A DNA stretch of 64,000 nucleotides from an uncultured Clostridia bacterium (GTDB lineage: Bacteria > Bacillota > Clostridia > TANB77 > CAG-508), in the NCBI GenBank assembly GCA_934157035.1, contig CAKPHG010000001.1:137342-201341 (forward strand), read 5' to 3'. The notes under the pieces are model-generated. The model saw only the letters and a program-made list of their open reading frames with translations, ran no database searches and was not told the DNA's origin. Position 1 is the first letter of the stretch, and the number at the start of each line of letters is the position of its first letter. The position numbers were made by a program, and so were the translations under genes. Below are positions 1-9,284 of this stretch, piece by piece.

Positions 1-949
1 ATTGTACTTTTTTGCCTAATTTATTTGTCAATTCTCTCCAACCATCCCAATCTTCTTCTGCTAACCCATCTTCTATTGATATTATTGGATATCTATTTAC
101 TAATTCTTCTAAATATTGTACCATCTCTTGTTCTGTTTTAAATATATCTGTTTTCCAAAAATAATATCCGTTTTTTCCAATTTTTTTTGCTTCTTCATAC
201 ATTTCTGTACTTGCTATATCTAAACTAAGTGCAACATCTATTCCTGGAACATAGCCTGCTTTTGTGATTGCTTCTACTATTAATTCTAAGGCTTCTTCTT
301 CATTTTTTAAATTTGGTGCAAAACCGCCTTCATCTCCTACTGCTACACTATAGCCTTTTTGTTTTAATACTTTTTTTAACGTATGATATACCTTTACTCC
401 TATTTCTAATTTTTCTCTAAATGTCTTTTTTCCTATTGGCATAATCATAAATTCTTGAATACTTATATTATTGTCTGAATGTTTTCCACCATTTAATATA
501 TTCATCATTGGAGTTGGTAATTTTTTTGCATTTACTCCACCTAAGTATTTATATAAACTCATTCCTAAAGAATTCGCTGCAGCCTTTGCACATGCAATAG
601 ATACTCCCAGTGTTGCATTTGCTCCTAAGTTTCCTTTATTTTCTGTTCCATCTAAACTTATTAAAGTTTGATCTATTTTTGTTTGATCATAAACATTTGT
701 ATCTAATAATGCTTTTGATATTTTTTTATTTACATTGTAGACTGCTTTTGTTACTCCTTTTCCCATTAATCTTTCTTCATTATCTCTTAATTCTATAGCT
801 TCAAAGCTTCCAGTAGAAGCCCCTGAAGGAACCATAGCCACTCCTGTAAATCCTCCATCTGTTACAACTTCCACTTGTACAGTAGGATTTCCTCTTGAGT
901 CAAATACTTCTATTGCATGCACACTTTTTATTGCTAAGTAATCTTTCAT
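1..949 (-). CDS. eno: Enolase (phosphopyruvate hydratase). The 5' part of the gene is present and the C-terminus runs off the window edge.
   Basis: The reverse-strand translation from the ATG at 949 starts [47 protein letters not shown]..., the canonical enolase N-terminus. The ORF continues to position 1. It belongs to the gap-pgk-tpi-gpmI-eno glycolytic context. Confidence 0.9.
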   Translation of the reverse strand, partial: MKDYLAIKSVHAIEVFDSRGNPTVQVEVVTDGGFTGVAMVPSGASTGSFEAIELRDNEERLMGKGVTKAVYNVNKKISKALLDTNVYDQTKIDQTLISLDGTENKGNLGANATLGVSIACAKAAANSLGMSLYKYLGGVNAKKLPTPMMNILNGGKHSDNNISIQEFMIMPIGKKTFREKLEIGVKVYHTLKKVLKQKGYSVAVGDEGGFAPNLKNEEEALELIVEAITKAGYVPGIDVALSLDIASTEMYEEAKKIGKNGYYFWKTDIFKTEQEMVQYLEELVNRYPIISIEDGLAEEDWDGWRELTNKLGKKVQ

Positions 950-1200
950 TTTCTCTTACCTCCTTAGAAATATTATTCACAATTAATACCAATATATTCA
1001 TAAGTTCTCTCTTGTTTTTTCTTTTCATTTGTGCTATTATAATTTTGTACATAAGCTACTCGTGACTATTTTTTTAATTTATTGGGGTATCGCCAAGCTG
1101 ATGTGGCTGTTCGAACGTATGTGAGTTACAGCATCAGTATGCAGCGAGCAAAGCGAGTCGCTGGTAAGTAAAGCTACTCGTGACTATTTTTTAAATTTAT

Positions 1201-1275
1201 TGGGGTATCGCCAAGCGGTAAGGCATCGGACTCTGACTCCGACATTCCTGTGTTCGAATCACAGTACCCCAGCCA
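1201..1275 (+). tRNA. tRNA-Gln, anticodon CTG
   Basis: GGGGTATCGCCAAGCGGTAAGGCATCGGACTCTGACTCCGACATTCCTGTGTTCGAATCACAGTACCCCAGCCA folds as a cloverleaf. The acceptor stem is TGGGGTA/TACCCCA, the anticodon stem is TCGGA/TCCGA with loop CTCTGAC (anticodon CTG), the T-loop is GTTCGAATC, and there is a 3' CCA. Confidence 0.85.
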
Positions 1276-1418
1276 AAACTTTAATATAAGAACAATAGTT
1301 ATTCTTATATAATTATAATAGTTAAACGAATTCTGTAATATACAAACACTTTTTATTACAGAATAAAAACAAAAAATTACAAAGTAAATATAATTAATTT
1401 ACTTTGCATTTTTTTATT

Positions 1419-1712
1419 TTAACCTATTTTCTTTCCTTGTAATTTAAATTCGCCCATATTTGTCTTAGCATAAATATTTAATATGTTCTGTGTTAATTGT
1501 CCCATTATTTCGTATTGTATGTTTAATGCACTATTTTTTATATTTCCTTTAAAATAACATTGATTTCCTTTTACTCTTCCTCCTGTCAAAGTGTTTTTGC
1601 CTCCCATTATTTCTAATACCCCATCTATATTTTCTCCATTTGTTTTTAAAGTAACTTTTCCGTTCATTGCCCCCATAGGTGTATTTAATTTTATTTCATA
1701 AATTCCATCCAT
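1419..1712 (-). CDS. Small hypothetical protein (97 aa)
   Basis: It is an ORF in the provided track. It has no recognisable motifs. A hairpin terminator lies downstream. Confidence 0.4.
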   Translation of the reverse strand: MDGIYEIKLNTPMGAMNGKVTLKTNGENIDGVLEIMGGKNTLTGGRVKGNQCYFKGNIKNSALNIQYEIMGQLTQNILNIYAKTNMGEFKLQGKKIG

Positions 1713-1772
1713 TTTTTACATTACCTCCTTATTAATTATATTCATTTAATAAGTAATGTTGAATAAAAAATT

Positions 1773-2471
1773 TTAATATGTTATTCCTTTTAATTCATTA
1801 TCTTTTTCTTCATAGTTTGGCATATATGTCTTTAACATATTATAGAAAGATTTTGTATGATTTTTATATTTTAAATGGCAAAATTCATGTAATATAATAT
1901 AATCTATTGTTTCTTTTGAATACATTGCTATACTTGGATTAATTGTTATTTTTTCATTTATACATTTTGCCATTATCTTATCCATTTTTACCAATTCGTA
2001 ATCTTCTGGAGCAAACCCTAACATAATTCTTGTTTTCTCCATTGCTCTTTCTATCTCTTTTTCCGCTATTTTTTCGTACATTTTATTCATTAATGTATTT
2101 ACTATATCTGAGCTTTCAATTTTTTTAAACTTTATAGGCAAAATAACTTGTATTTGATTATTTACAAAATTTAAACTTGGAAAATCTATTTTTTTATAAC
2201 TAATAACTATGTCGTAATCATTTCCTAATACTTTAACAGTTTTCAATTTTGTATAAATGTTTTTTTGTTCACATGCTATTTCATATTCTTTTATTTTGTT
2301 TAAAATCCATTGTCTCTTTTCTTCAACTACTCTTTGAATTTGACTACTTGTAATATACCAAGGAGCATTAATGACTACTTCTCCGTTTTGTACTGATATG
2401 CATAAATCTCTTGTTGATTCCTTATTAACTGTATATGTTATAATATTGTTTTTGTTTGAAAAAATATTCAT
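1773..2471 (-). CDS. M48-family / DUF45 (YgjP-like, SprT/WLM-like) zinc metallohydrolase
   Basis: It has an HEFCHLKYKNH (HExxH) motif near the C-terminus within a YgjP/DUF45-like architecture. Confidence 0.65.
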   Translation of the reverse strand: MNIFSNKNNIITYTVNKESTRDLCISVQNGEVVINAPWYITSSQIQRVVEEKRQWILNKIKEYEIACEQKNIYTKLKTVKVLGNDYDIVISYKKIDFPSLNFVNNQIQVILPIKFKKIESSDIVNTLMNKMYEKIAEKEIERAMEKTRIMLGFAPEDYELVKMDKIMAKCINEKITINPSIAMYSKETIDYIILHEFCHLKYKNHTKSFYNMLKTYMPNYEEKDNELKGITY

Positions 2472-2760
2472 TTAAACCACTCCTTAGTAAAATTTTGTTT
2501 TACAAATTCTTGTTCGCTTTTGTTGAACATATTTTATATTTTATTTTTAAGTTTGTCAATAGTTTTTTAAAATATTTTTCAAATTTTTGTTCGTATTTTT
2601 TATGTTGTTGTAAATGCCTATTTTACAGCATTGTTTTATTATACCTGTTATGTTCTTTTTTAAAATTTATATATAAAAATACACTTATTTATTTTTAATA
2701 AAATACTTTTTATTGTATTTAAAATAAATAAGTGTATTTCTAAATTTTTATTTATATTAA

Positions 2761-3480
2761 TTATTTTATTGCCCTTAATGCTTCTTTTGTTTCTTTATTC
2801 TTATCAAAAACATTTATAATTATTAAGAATATTGCTGTAATTACAAAAGTAATTGCATATACTATAATTGTTGTCTTTATATCTCCTACTGCTAGCTTTG
2901 CACCTGCTATTGTTGACGAAATTACAGATGGAAATCTTGCAAATGTAGATATTAGTATAAACCTTGATGGTTTTATTGGAAGTAATCCTCCTATATATAC
3001 TAACAAATCTTTTGGTGTTCCTGGTATAAAAAATAATATTGTCATTATTGTTTCTACTTTTCTAGGATCTTTTAAGATTTTACTATTTTCTATTTTGTCT
3101 ACTTTTTCTTTACTAAATGTGTCTTCTACAAATTTTCTTCCATATTTCTTTACTGTAAAAAATATTATTGTTGTTGTTATAAATACAGATACTGTTATAA
3201 AAATAGTTCCTCCTATGCTTCCATAGCACATTCCTGCAAGTATCTCTAACGGTTCCCCTGGTATTACTACAAAAAATATCTGTGCGACTTCTAATCCAAA
3301 TAGTATTAAAAATCCTAAAATTCCTAAATTATTTATTTTTTCTTTAAAAGCTAATTGCCCTTCTTTTGTTGATATATCTTTCATTATTGGTGCTAAATAA
3401 ATTATAGCTAATATGAATATTATTGCTACTATTGATAGTACTATATAGTTTATAATTCTCTTTTTCTTTTTTTCTTGCAT
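2761..3480 (-). CDS. TVP38/TMEM64 (DedA/SNARE-associated) family membrane protein
   Basis: It is a multi-pass membrane protein with the characteristic VIPGEPLEILAGM motif. Confidence 0.7.
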   Translation of the reverse strand: MQEKKKKRIINYIVLSIVAIIFILAIIYLAPIMKDISTKEGQLAFKEKINNLGILGFLILFGLEVAQIFFVVIPGEPLEILAGMCYGSIGGTIFITVSVFITTTIIFFTVKKYGRKFVEDTFSKEKVDKIENSKILKDPRKVETIMTILFFIPGTPKDLLVYIGGLLPIKPSRFILISTFARFPSVISSTIAGAKLAVGDIKTTIIVYAITFVITAIFLIIINVFDKNKETKEALRAIK

Positions 3481-3710
3481 TTTGTTTCTCCTTATGAAAA
3501 TTCTTATATATTATACTATAAATATTTTAATTTGTACAATAATTTTTGCGTATGTTCATATTTTGGTGAATTATTATTCTTAAATTTTGATTTAAGTCAT
3601 ATTTATATAGTGCAGAAATTCTTTATCCAAAAAACTTCTCCACTATAAAAAATTGCCAGATTTATTTTCCGGCAATTTTATATATTTTTTATAAAATTTT
3701 CTAAAGCTCT

Positions 3711-4709
3711 TTATTTCATAGCTTCTTCTACTGCTACTGCAACTGCTACTGTTGCACCAACCATTGGGTTGTTACCCATTCCTATTAATCCCATCATTTC
3801 TACGTGAGCTGGAACTGAAGAACTTCCTGCGAATTGTGCATCTGAATGCATTCTTCCCATTGTATCTGTCATACCATAAGAAGCTGGTCCTGCTGCCATA
3901 TTGTCTGGGTGTAATGTTCTACCTGTTCCTCCACCTGAAGCAACAGAGAAGTATTTTTTACCTGCTTCTAATCTTTCTTTTTTGTATGTACCTGCAACTG
4001 GATGTTGGAATCTTGTTGGGTTTGTTGAGTTACCTGTTATAGAAACATCAACATCTTCTAACCACATTATTGCTACACCTTCTCTAACATCATTTGCACC
4101 ATAGCATCTAACTTTTGCTCTTTCTCCATTTGAGTAAGCTATTTCTTCTACTACTTTTACTTTTCCTGTGAAGAAATCAAAGTCTGTTTTTACATACGTA
4201 AATCCATTTATTCTTGAAATTACTTGTGCTGCATCTTTTCCTAATCCATTTAATATAACTCTTAATGGCTCTTTTCTAACTTTGTTTGCAGATTTTGCAA
4301 TACCAATCGCACCTTCTGCTGCTGCAAAGCTCTCGTGTCCTGCTAAAAATGCAAAACATTTTGTTTCTTCGCTTAAAAGCATTGATGCTAAGTTTCCATG
4401 TCCTAAACCTACTTTTCTGTCGTCTGCAACTGAGCCTGGTATACAAAATGCTTGTAAACCTTCTCCTATTGCTTTTGCTGCTTCATGAGCTTTTGTGCAA
4501 CCTTTTTTTATTGCTATTGCTGCACCTAATGTATATGCCCAACAAGCATTTTCAAAACATATTGTTTGTACTCCTCTTGTTATTTCGTATGGATTAAATC
4601 CTTTGTCTGTGCATATTTTTAATGCATCGTCAAAATCTTTTATTCCGTATTTTTCCATTACTGGTTTAATTTGATCTATTCTTCTTTCATAACTTTCAAA
4701 TAATGCCAT
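3711..4709 (-). CDS. GGGtGRT-family conserved hypothetical protein
   Basis: It contains the literal GGGTGRT motif (SVASGGGTGRTLHPDNMAAGPASYGMTDTMG), which defines the uncharacterised GGGtGRT protein family. Confidence 0.6.
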   Translation of the reverse strand: MALFESYERRIDQIKPVMEKYGIKDFDDALKICTDKGFNPYEITRGVQTICFENACWAYTLGAAIAIKKGCTKAHEAAKAIGEGLQAFCIPGSVADDRKVGLGHGNLASMLLSEETKCFAFLAGHESFAAAEGAIGIAKSANKVRKEPLRVILNGLGKDAAQVISRINGFTYVKTDFDFFTGKVKVVEEIAYSNGERAKVRCYGANDVREGVAIMWLEDVDVSITGNSTNPTRFQHPVAGTYKKERLEAGKKYFSVASGGGTGRTLHPDNMAAGPASYGMTDTMGRMHSDAQFAGSSSVPAHVEMMGLIGMGNNPMVGATVAVAVAVEEAMK

Positions 4710-4732
4710 CTTTATTACCTCCTAAAATTTTT

Positions 4733-5443
4733 TTACTCTTCACGTGGGTCTATCTTTTTAACAGCTTCATCAAATCTTCCATAAGTTCCTGAAGCTTTTT
4801 CAATTGCTTCATTTGCATCTATTCCTGATTTTATGAAATCCATCATTTTTCCCATATTTACATATTTGTATCCAATTATTTGGTCATCTTTGTCTAAACC
4901 AATTTCTACTATGTAACCTTCAGCAAGTTCTAGGTATCTTGGTCCTTTTGAAAGTGTTGAATATATTGTTCCTATTTGGCTTCTATGTCCCTTTCCTAAG
5001 TCTTCCATTCCTGCTCCTATTGGAAGTCCGTTTTCAGAGAAAGCAGATTGTGTTCTACCATATACTATTTGTAAAAATAGTTCTCTCATTGCAGTATTTA
5101 TAGCATCACATACTAAGTCTGTGTTTAATGCTTCTAATATTGTTTTTCCTACTAATATTTCACCTGCCATTGCAGCTGAATGTGTCATACCTGAGCATCC
5201 TACTGTTTCTACTAATGCTTCTTGTATAACTCCCTCTTTTACATTTAATGTTAGTTTACAAGCTCCTTGTTGAGGTGCACACCAACCAATACCATGTGTT
5301 AAACCAGAAATATCTTTTATTTCTTTTGCCTTAACCCATTTTCCTTCTTCTGGAATTGGTGCTGGCCCATGGTCTACTCCTTTTGCAACTTTGCACATAT
5401 CTTCTACTTCTTTTGAATAAATCATTTTTATTTCTCCTTTCAA
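4733..5443 (-). CDS. Conserved hypothetical protein with Cys-containing motifs (GWCAPQQGAC, VGCSGMTH), possibly metal/Fe-S binding. It is the partner of the GGGtGRT gene.
   Basis: It is an ORF in the track and lies 23 bp upstream of the GGGtGRT gene on the same strand. It has conserved-looking Cys/His motifs. Function is not recognised. Confidence 0.45.
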   Translation of the reverse strand: MKGEIKMIYSKEVEDMCKVAKGVDHGPAPIPEEGKWVKAKEIKDISGLTHGIGWCAPQQGACKLTLNVKEGVIQEALVETVGCSGMTHSAAMAGEILVGKTILEALNTDLVCDAINTAMRELFLQIVYGRTQSAFSENGLPIGAGMEDLGKGHRSQIGTIYSTLSKGPRYLELAEGYIVEIGLDKDDQIIGYKYVNMGKMMDFIKSGIDANEAIEKASGTYGRFDEAVKKIDPREE

Positions 5444-5593
5444 TCAACTATTTTTTGCATTGTGCGATTGATTTTTCTATTATAGAATATGTTTGTCTTG
5501 AAGACGATATTATTATATATCTACTACTCAAAACTTTCAAGCTATTTTAAGACTTTTTACAATAAAAAATGACACAAAATTTTATTTTTTGTG

Positions 5594-6370
5594 TCAATAT
5601 GTTAATATTTGATTTATTTTAGTTTTTCCCTGTTCTTTTGTTATATTTGTTTCTATATTATTCATTTGTTTTTCTTTTTGCTTTTTTCTTTTATAAGCTT
5701 CGTATTTATCTAAATGCGTTTCTTTTTCCTCTTTCACTGATGGTACATCTTTATTTTGCATATTCAATCTATCATTTTCTGAAATATATTCTTGATTATA
5801 TTCTATAACATTATGAGTACCATTTTTATACATTCCTTCTGTATATGTTTGTTTTTCTTCATTAATAAATTTTCTTTCAAATAAATATGAGCTAATAATT
5901 TCCTGTTCTTTTTTAGAAAAACTTTCTATTGGTATACCTAAATATAAATATTTAAATATTAAATGTCTGTCTTCATTTGAATATTTTGAATTTAGTATAT
6001 TTTCATAATTAAATTCAATATTAAATTTGTAGTTTTCTATTGAAATGATAATGCTACTCCATAATTTTTCATTATTTTTCTCAAATTCTTTTCTTAATGA
6101 TTTAATAGTCGCATATAATTTATTTGCAAGTCTATTATATGCTTCTTCATCTATATTGAATTTACTTGGCACCTCATACACATTAATAGGATTCCTTTTT
6201 AATATTCCTTTTGGGAAATAATAAAAGTACATTTCTCCAGTTTCTACATTATTAATATTCTCTATAACAGAAGCATATAAGTACACTCTATCCAATTTTT
6301 CTGGTATCATATAAAATAACTCATTTTGGATTGTAGCATATATACTTCGCATTCTTGGTGTATTTTTCAT
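5594..6370 (-). CDS. DUF600/YezG-family immunity-like protein (T7SS/LXG toxin immunity family) with a Lys/Glu-rich C-terminal tail
   Basis: The N-terminal 160 aa match the DUF600 pattern: IPEKLDRVYLYASV..., FYYFPKG, VYEVP and LYATIKSLRKEFEKNNEKLWSS...FNIEFNYE. It sits 20 bp downstream of gpmI, and a terminator hairpin follows at 5557-5590. Confidence 0.55.
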   Translation of the reverse strand: MKNTPRMRSIYATIQNELFYMIPEKLDRVYLYASVIENINNVETGEMYFYYFPKGILKRNPINVYEVPSKFNIDEEAYNRLANKLYATIKSLRKEFEKNNEKLWSSIIISIENYKFNIEFNYENILNSKYSNEDRHLIFKYLYLGIPIESFSKKEQEIISSYLFERKFINEEKQTYTEGMYKNGTHNVIEYNQEYISENDRLNMQNKDVPSVKEEKETHLDKYEAYKRKKQKEKQMNNIETNITKEQGKTKINQILTY

Positions 6371-6390
6371 AATACTTTCCTTTACAAATG

Positions 6391-7923
6391 TTATTTTATA
6401 ATTAGACTTTTTCCTGTCATTTCTTCTGGCTTTTTCAAATTCATTATATCTAGCATTGTTGGTGCTAAATCAGCCAAACGTCCCTCTGCTAATTTAACAT
6501 TTTCCATTCCTACTAATATTAAAGGTACTGGATTTGTAGTATGTGCTGTGTGAGGTTCTCCTGTTTTATAGTCTATCATTTGTTCTGCATTTCCATGATC
6601 TGCTGTTATTAACAATACACCTTCTTGGTTATTTATTACTTCTACTACTCTTCCTACACATTCATCTATTGTTTCTATTGCTTTAATTGCTGCTTCTAAG
6701 TTTCCTGTGTGACCAACCATATCTGGATTTGCATAATTTAAAATTATACAATCATACTTTTTAGAGTTAATAGCTTCCACTACTTTGTCTGTAACTTCGT
6801 AAGCACTCATTTCTGGTTTTAAATCATAAGTTTCTACTTTTGGAGATGGTACTAGTATTCTATCTTCTCCTTTATAGCTTTTTTCTTCTCCACCATTAAA
6901 GAAAAATGTAACATGTGCATATTTTTCTGTTTCTGCAATTCTTAATTGAGTTAAACCATTATCTGAAATGTATTCTCCAAATGTATTCTTTAACTCTTCT
7001 TTTTTAAATGCTATATGAACATTTGGCATTGTTTCATCATAACTTGTCATACATACATAATATAAATCTAAGTCTTTTTTTGTTTCAAATTCATTAAATT
7101 CTTTGTCTACTAATGTTCTAGTTATTTCTCTTGCTCTATCTGGTCTAAAGTTAAAGAATATAACTGAATCATGTTTTCCTATTGTTGCAACTGGTTCTTC
7201 TCCATTAACTATTACTGTTGGTTTTATAAATTCATCAAATATTTCTTTTTGGTAAGAACTTTCTATTGCAGACATTGCTGATGCTGCCTTTTCACCTGTT
7301 CCATTTACTAAAGCATTATATGCTTCTTGGACTCTTTGCCATCTCTTGTCTCTATCCATTGCATAAAATCTTCCAGATATACTTGCTATTTTTCCAACGC
7401 CTTTTTCTCTCATTTTTTCTTCTAGCTTAGCAATATATGTTTCTCCTGATGTAGGTGCTGTATCTCTACCATCCATAAAACAATGTACATATACATTTTC
7501 AAAATCTTTACGTTTTGCAAGTTCTAATATAGCAAATAAATGGCGAATATGACTATGTACTCCACCATCAGATAATAATCCCATAACATGTAAATTAGAA
7601 TTATATTTTTTGCAATTTTCTATTGCTTCTGAAAATTCTTGTATGCTAAAGAAATCCCCATCTTCTATTGACTTTGTAATTCTTGTTAATTCTTGATATA
7701 CTATTCTTCCTGCTCCAATATTAGTATGTCCAACTTCTGAATTTCCCATTTGACCTTCTGGAAGTCCTACATCTAATCCACTTGTGTGTATGTCTGTTGT
7801 AGGACATGTTTTCATTAATTTATCAATATTAGGTGTATTAGCTAATTTTACTGCATTTGCTTTTTCATTTTCATTTTCTCCAAATCCATCTAATATCATT
7901 AACATTGTTAATCTATCTTTCAT
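6391..7923 (-). CDS. gpmI: 2,3-bisphosphoglycerate-independent phosphoglycerate mutase
   Basis: It is 510 aa and starts MKDRLTMLMILDGFG. This is a full-length iPGM in the glycolytic operon position. Confidence 0.9.
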   Translation of the reverse strand: MKDRLTMLMILDGFGENENEKANAVKLANTPNIDKLMKTCPTTDIHTSGLDVGLPEGQMGNSEVGHTNIGAGRIVYQELTRITKSIEDGDFFSIQEFSEAIENCKKYNSNLHVMGLLSDGGVHSHIRHLFAILELAKRKDFENVYVHCFMDGRDTAPTSGETYIAKLEEKMREKGVGKIASISGRFYAMDRDKRWQRVQEAYNALVNGTGEKAASAMSAIESSYQKEIFDEFIKPTVIVNGEEPVATIGKHDSVIFFNFRPDRAREITRTLVDKEFNEFETKKDLDLYYVCMTSYDETMPNVHIAFKKEELKNTFGEYISDNGLTQLRIAETEKYAHVTFFFNGGEEKSYKGEDRILVPSPKVETYDLKPEMSAYEVTDKVVEAINSKKYDCIILNYANPDMVGHTGNLEAAIKAIETIDECVGRVVEVINNQEGVLLITADHGNAEQMIDYKTGEPHTAHTTNPVPLILVGMENVKLAEGRLADLAPTMLDIMNLKKPEEMTGKSLIIK

Positions 7924-7953
7924 TTTATTTAACCTCTTTCTTACTTCTTTGTA

Positions 7954-8703
7954 TTACATTTGCTTTATTATTTCATTAAATTCCTCTACTTTTAAACTTG
8001 CTCCACCTATTAAAGCTCCATCTATATCTGATGTACTAAATAATTCTTTAGCATTTTCCTTTTTTACACTTCCACCATATAACAAACTTATATTTTGAGC
8101 TATATCTACACTATACAAATTTTCTATTTCTTTTCTAATGCATTTTAACATATTATTAGCATCTTCTTTTGTTGCAACCTTTCCTGTTCCTATCGCCCAA
8201 ATTGGTTCATAAGCGATTATAATTTTTTTAGCATCATCTTGTGAAATTTCACTTAATGCTTTTTTTATTTGTTCTTTTATTACTTCTTCTTGTATTCCTT
8301 TTTCTCTTTGTATAGCTGTTTCGCCTACACAAAGTATTGGTATTAATTCATGTTTTAATGCTGATTTTATTTTTTTATTAACTGTTTCATTTGTTTCTGC
8401 AAAATATTGTCTTCTTTCTGAATGACCAATTATAACATATTCTACATTTATACATTTAAGCATATTAGGTGATACTTCTCCTGTGTATGCTCCTGATTCC
8501 TCCCAGTGCATATTTTGTGCACCTATCTTTATATTTGTGTTTTGTGCTGTAAGTAAACTATAAAATAAATCTGTGTATGGAACACATAATATTATCTCAC
8601 ATTTTGCATTTTTAACATTTGGTTCTAACTCATTAATAAAGCTCATAGCTTCATTTGGAAGCATATTCATTTTCCAGTTTCCTGCAATTACTTTTCTTCG
8701 CAT
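7954..8703 (-). CDS. tpiA: Triose-phosphate isomerase
   Basis: It is 249 aa. It has the motifs AGNWKMN, IGHSERR and AYEPIWAIGTG. Confidence 0.92.
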   Translation of the reverse strand: MRRKVIAGNWKMNMLPNEAMSFINELEPNVKNAKCEIILCVPYTDLFYSLLTAQNTNIKIGAQNMHWEESGAYTGEVSPNMLKCINVEYVIIGHSERRQYFAETNETVNKKIKSALKHELIPILCVGETAIQREKGIQEEVIKEQIKKALSEISQDDAKKIIIAYEPIWAIGTGKVATKEDANNMLKCIRKEIENLYSVDIAQNISLLYGGSVKKENAKELFSTSDIDGALIGGASLKVEEFNEIIKQM

Positions 8704-9224
8704 TCCTCTTTTCCTTTTTCCTTTCTAGAATGCACTCTTTCTTCTAGTATTTGATACATTCTTTCAGTTTCTTCTGTATATTTAGTTCTAAATAATGATG
8801 TATTATTTTGTAACTTTCTTAACTCATTTATATTTTCTAAGTATAGTGCCTCTTCTATTTCACCATTTAATATACTTCTTATTCTTTCATTAATTTCTTC
8901 TATACTTAGATCAATTCCTACATTATAAATATGTGTTTTAGTATTTTCCAATTTTTCATGTGGAGTATTTATTGTTCCTAACAATTCAACATATTGTATA
9001 TCTACTAGATCTATTTTTAGCTCTTCTTTTATTTCTCTATATACTGTTTGCATAGGAGCTTCTCCTGTTTTCATGTGTCCAGAACACATATCATATTTAT
9101 TTGGATCTAGTTTTAATTCTTTTGATCTTTTTAGTAATAATACATTTCCTTTTGGATTTGTTATTATAGTTGAGATAAACTCTAATCTATCTCTATTATC
9201 ATTTTTTTCATTCATATTTAACAT
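8688..9224 (-). CDS. Nudix hydrolase
   Basis: It has a Nudix box, SGHMKTGEAPMQTVYREIKEELKI (Gx5Ex7REUxEExGU). It is inserted between pgk and tpiA. Confidence 0.7.
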   Translation of the reverse strand: MLNMNEKNDNRDRLEFISTIITNPKGNVLLLKRSKELKLDPNKYDMCSGHMKTGEAPMQTVYREIKEELKIDLVDIQYVELLGTINTPHEKLENTKTHIYNVGIDLSIEEINERIRSILNGEIEEALYLENINELRKLQNNTSLFRTKYTEETERMYQILEERVHSRKEKGKEECEEK

Positions 9225-9284
9225 CCTTTTTTGTTTCTATTTGTTTAAATATAATTTTTTAGTATCTTTTTTTATATCAAACTA

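Noticed and set aside
471-798. Plus-strand ORFs 471..671 and 610..798 overlapping eno
   Set aside because: They are antisense to a clearly recognised enolase gene and have low-complexity, Phe/Leu-rich translations typical of spurious ORFs in AT-rich DNA. The same reasoning applies to essentially all other plus-strand track ORFs that overlap minus-strand genes, for example 3752..4597, 9800..10299, 12846..15527, 16206..16704, 37405..38004, 40288..40668 and 58477..59285.
1081-1169. Possible second tRNA gene upstream of tRNA-Gln
   Set aside because: Only the first 16 nt match tRNA-Gln. The rest cannot be folded into a D-arm, anticodon arm and T-arm cloverleaf. It is better described as a duplicated fragment.
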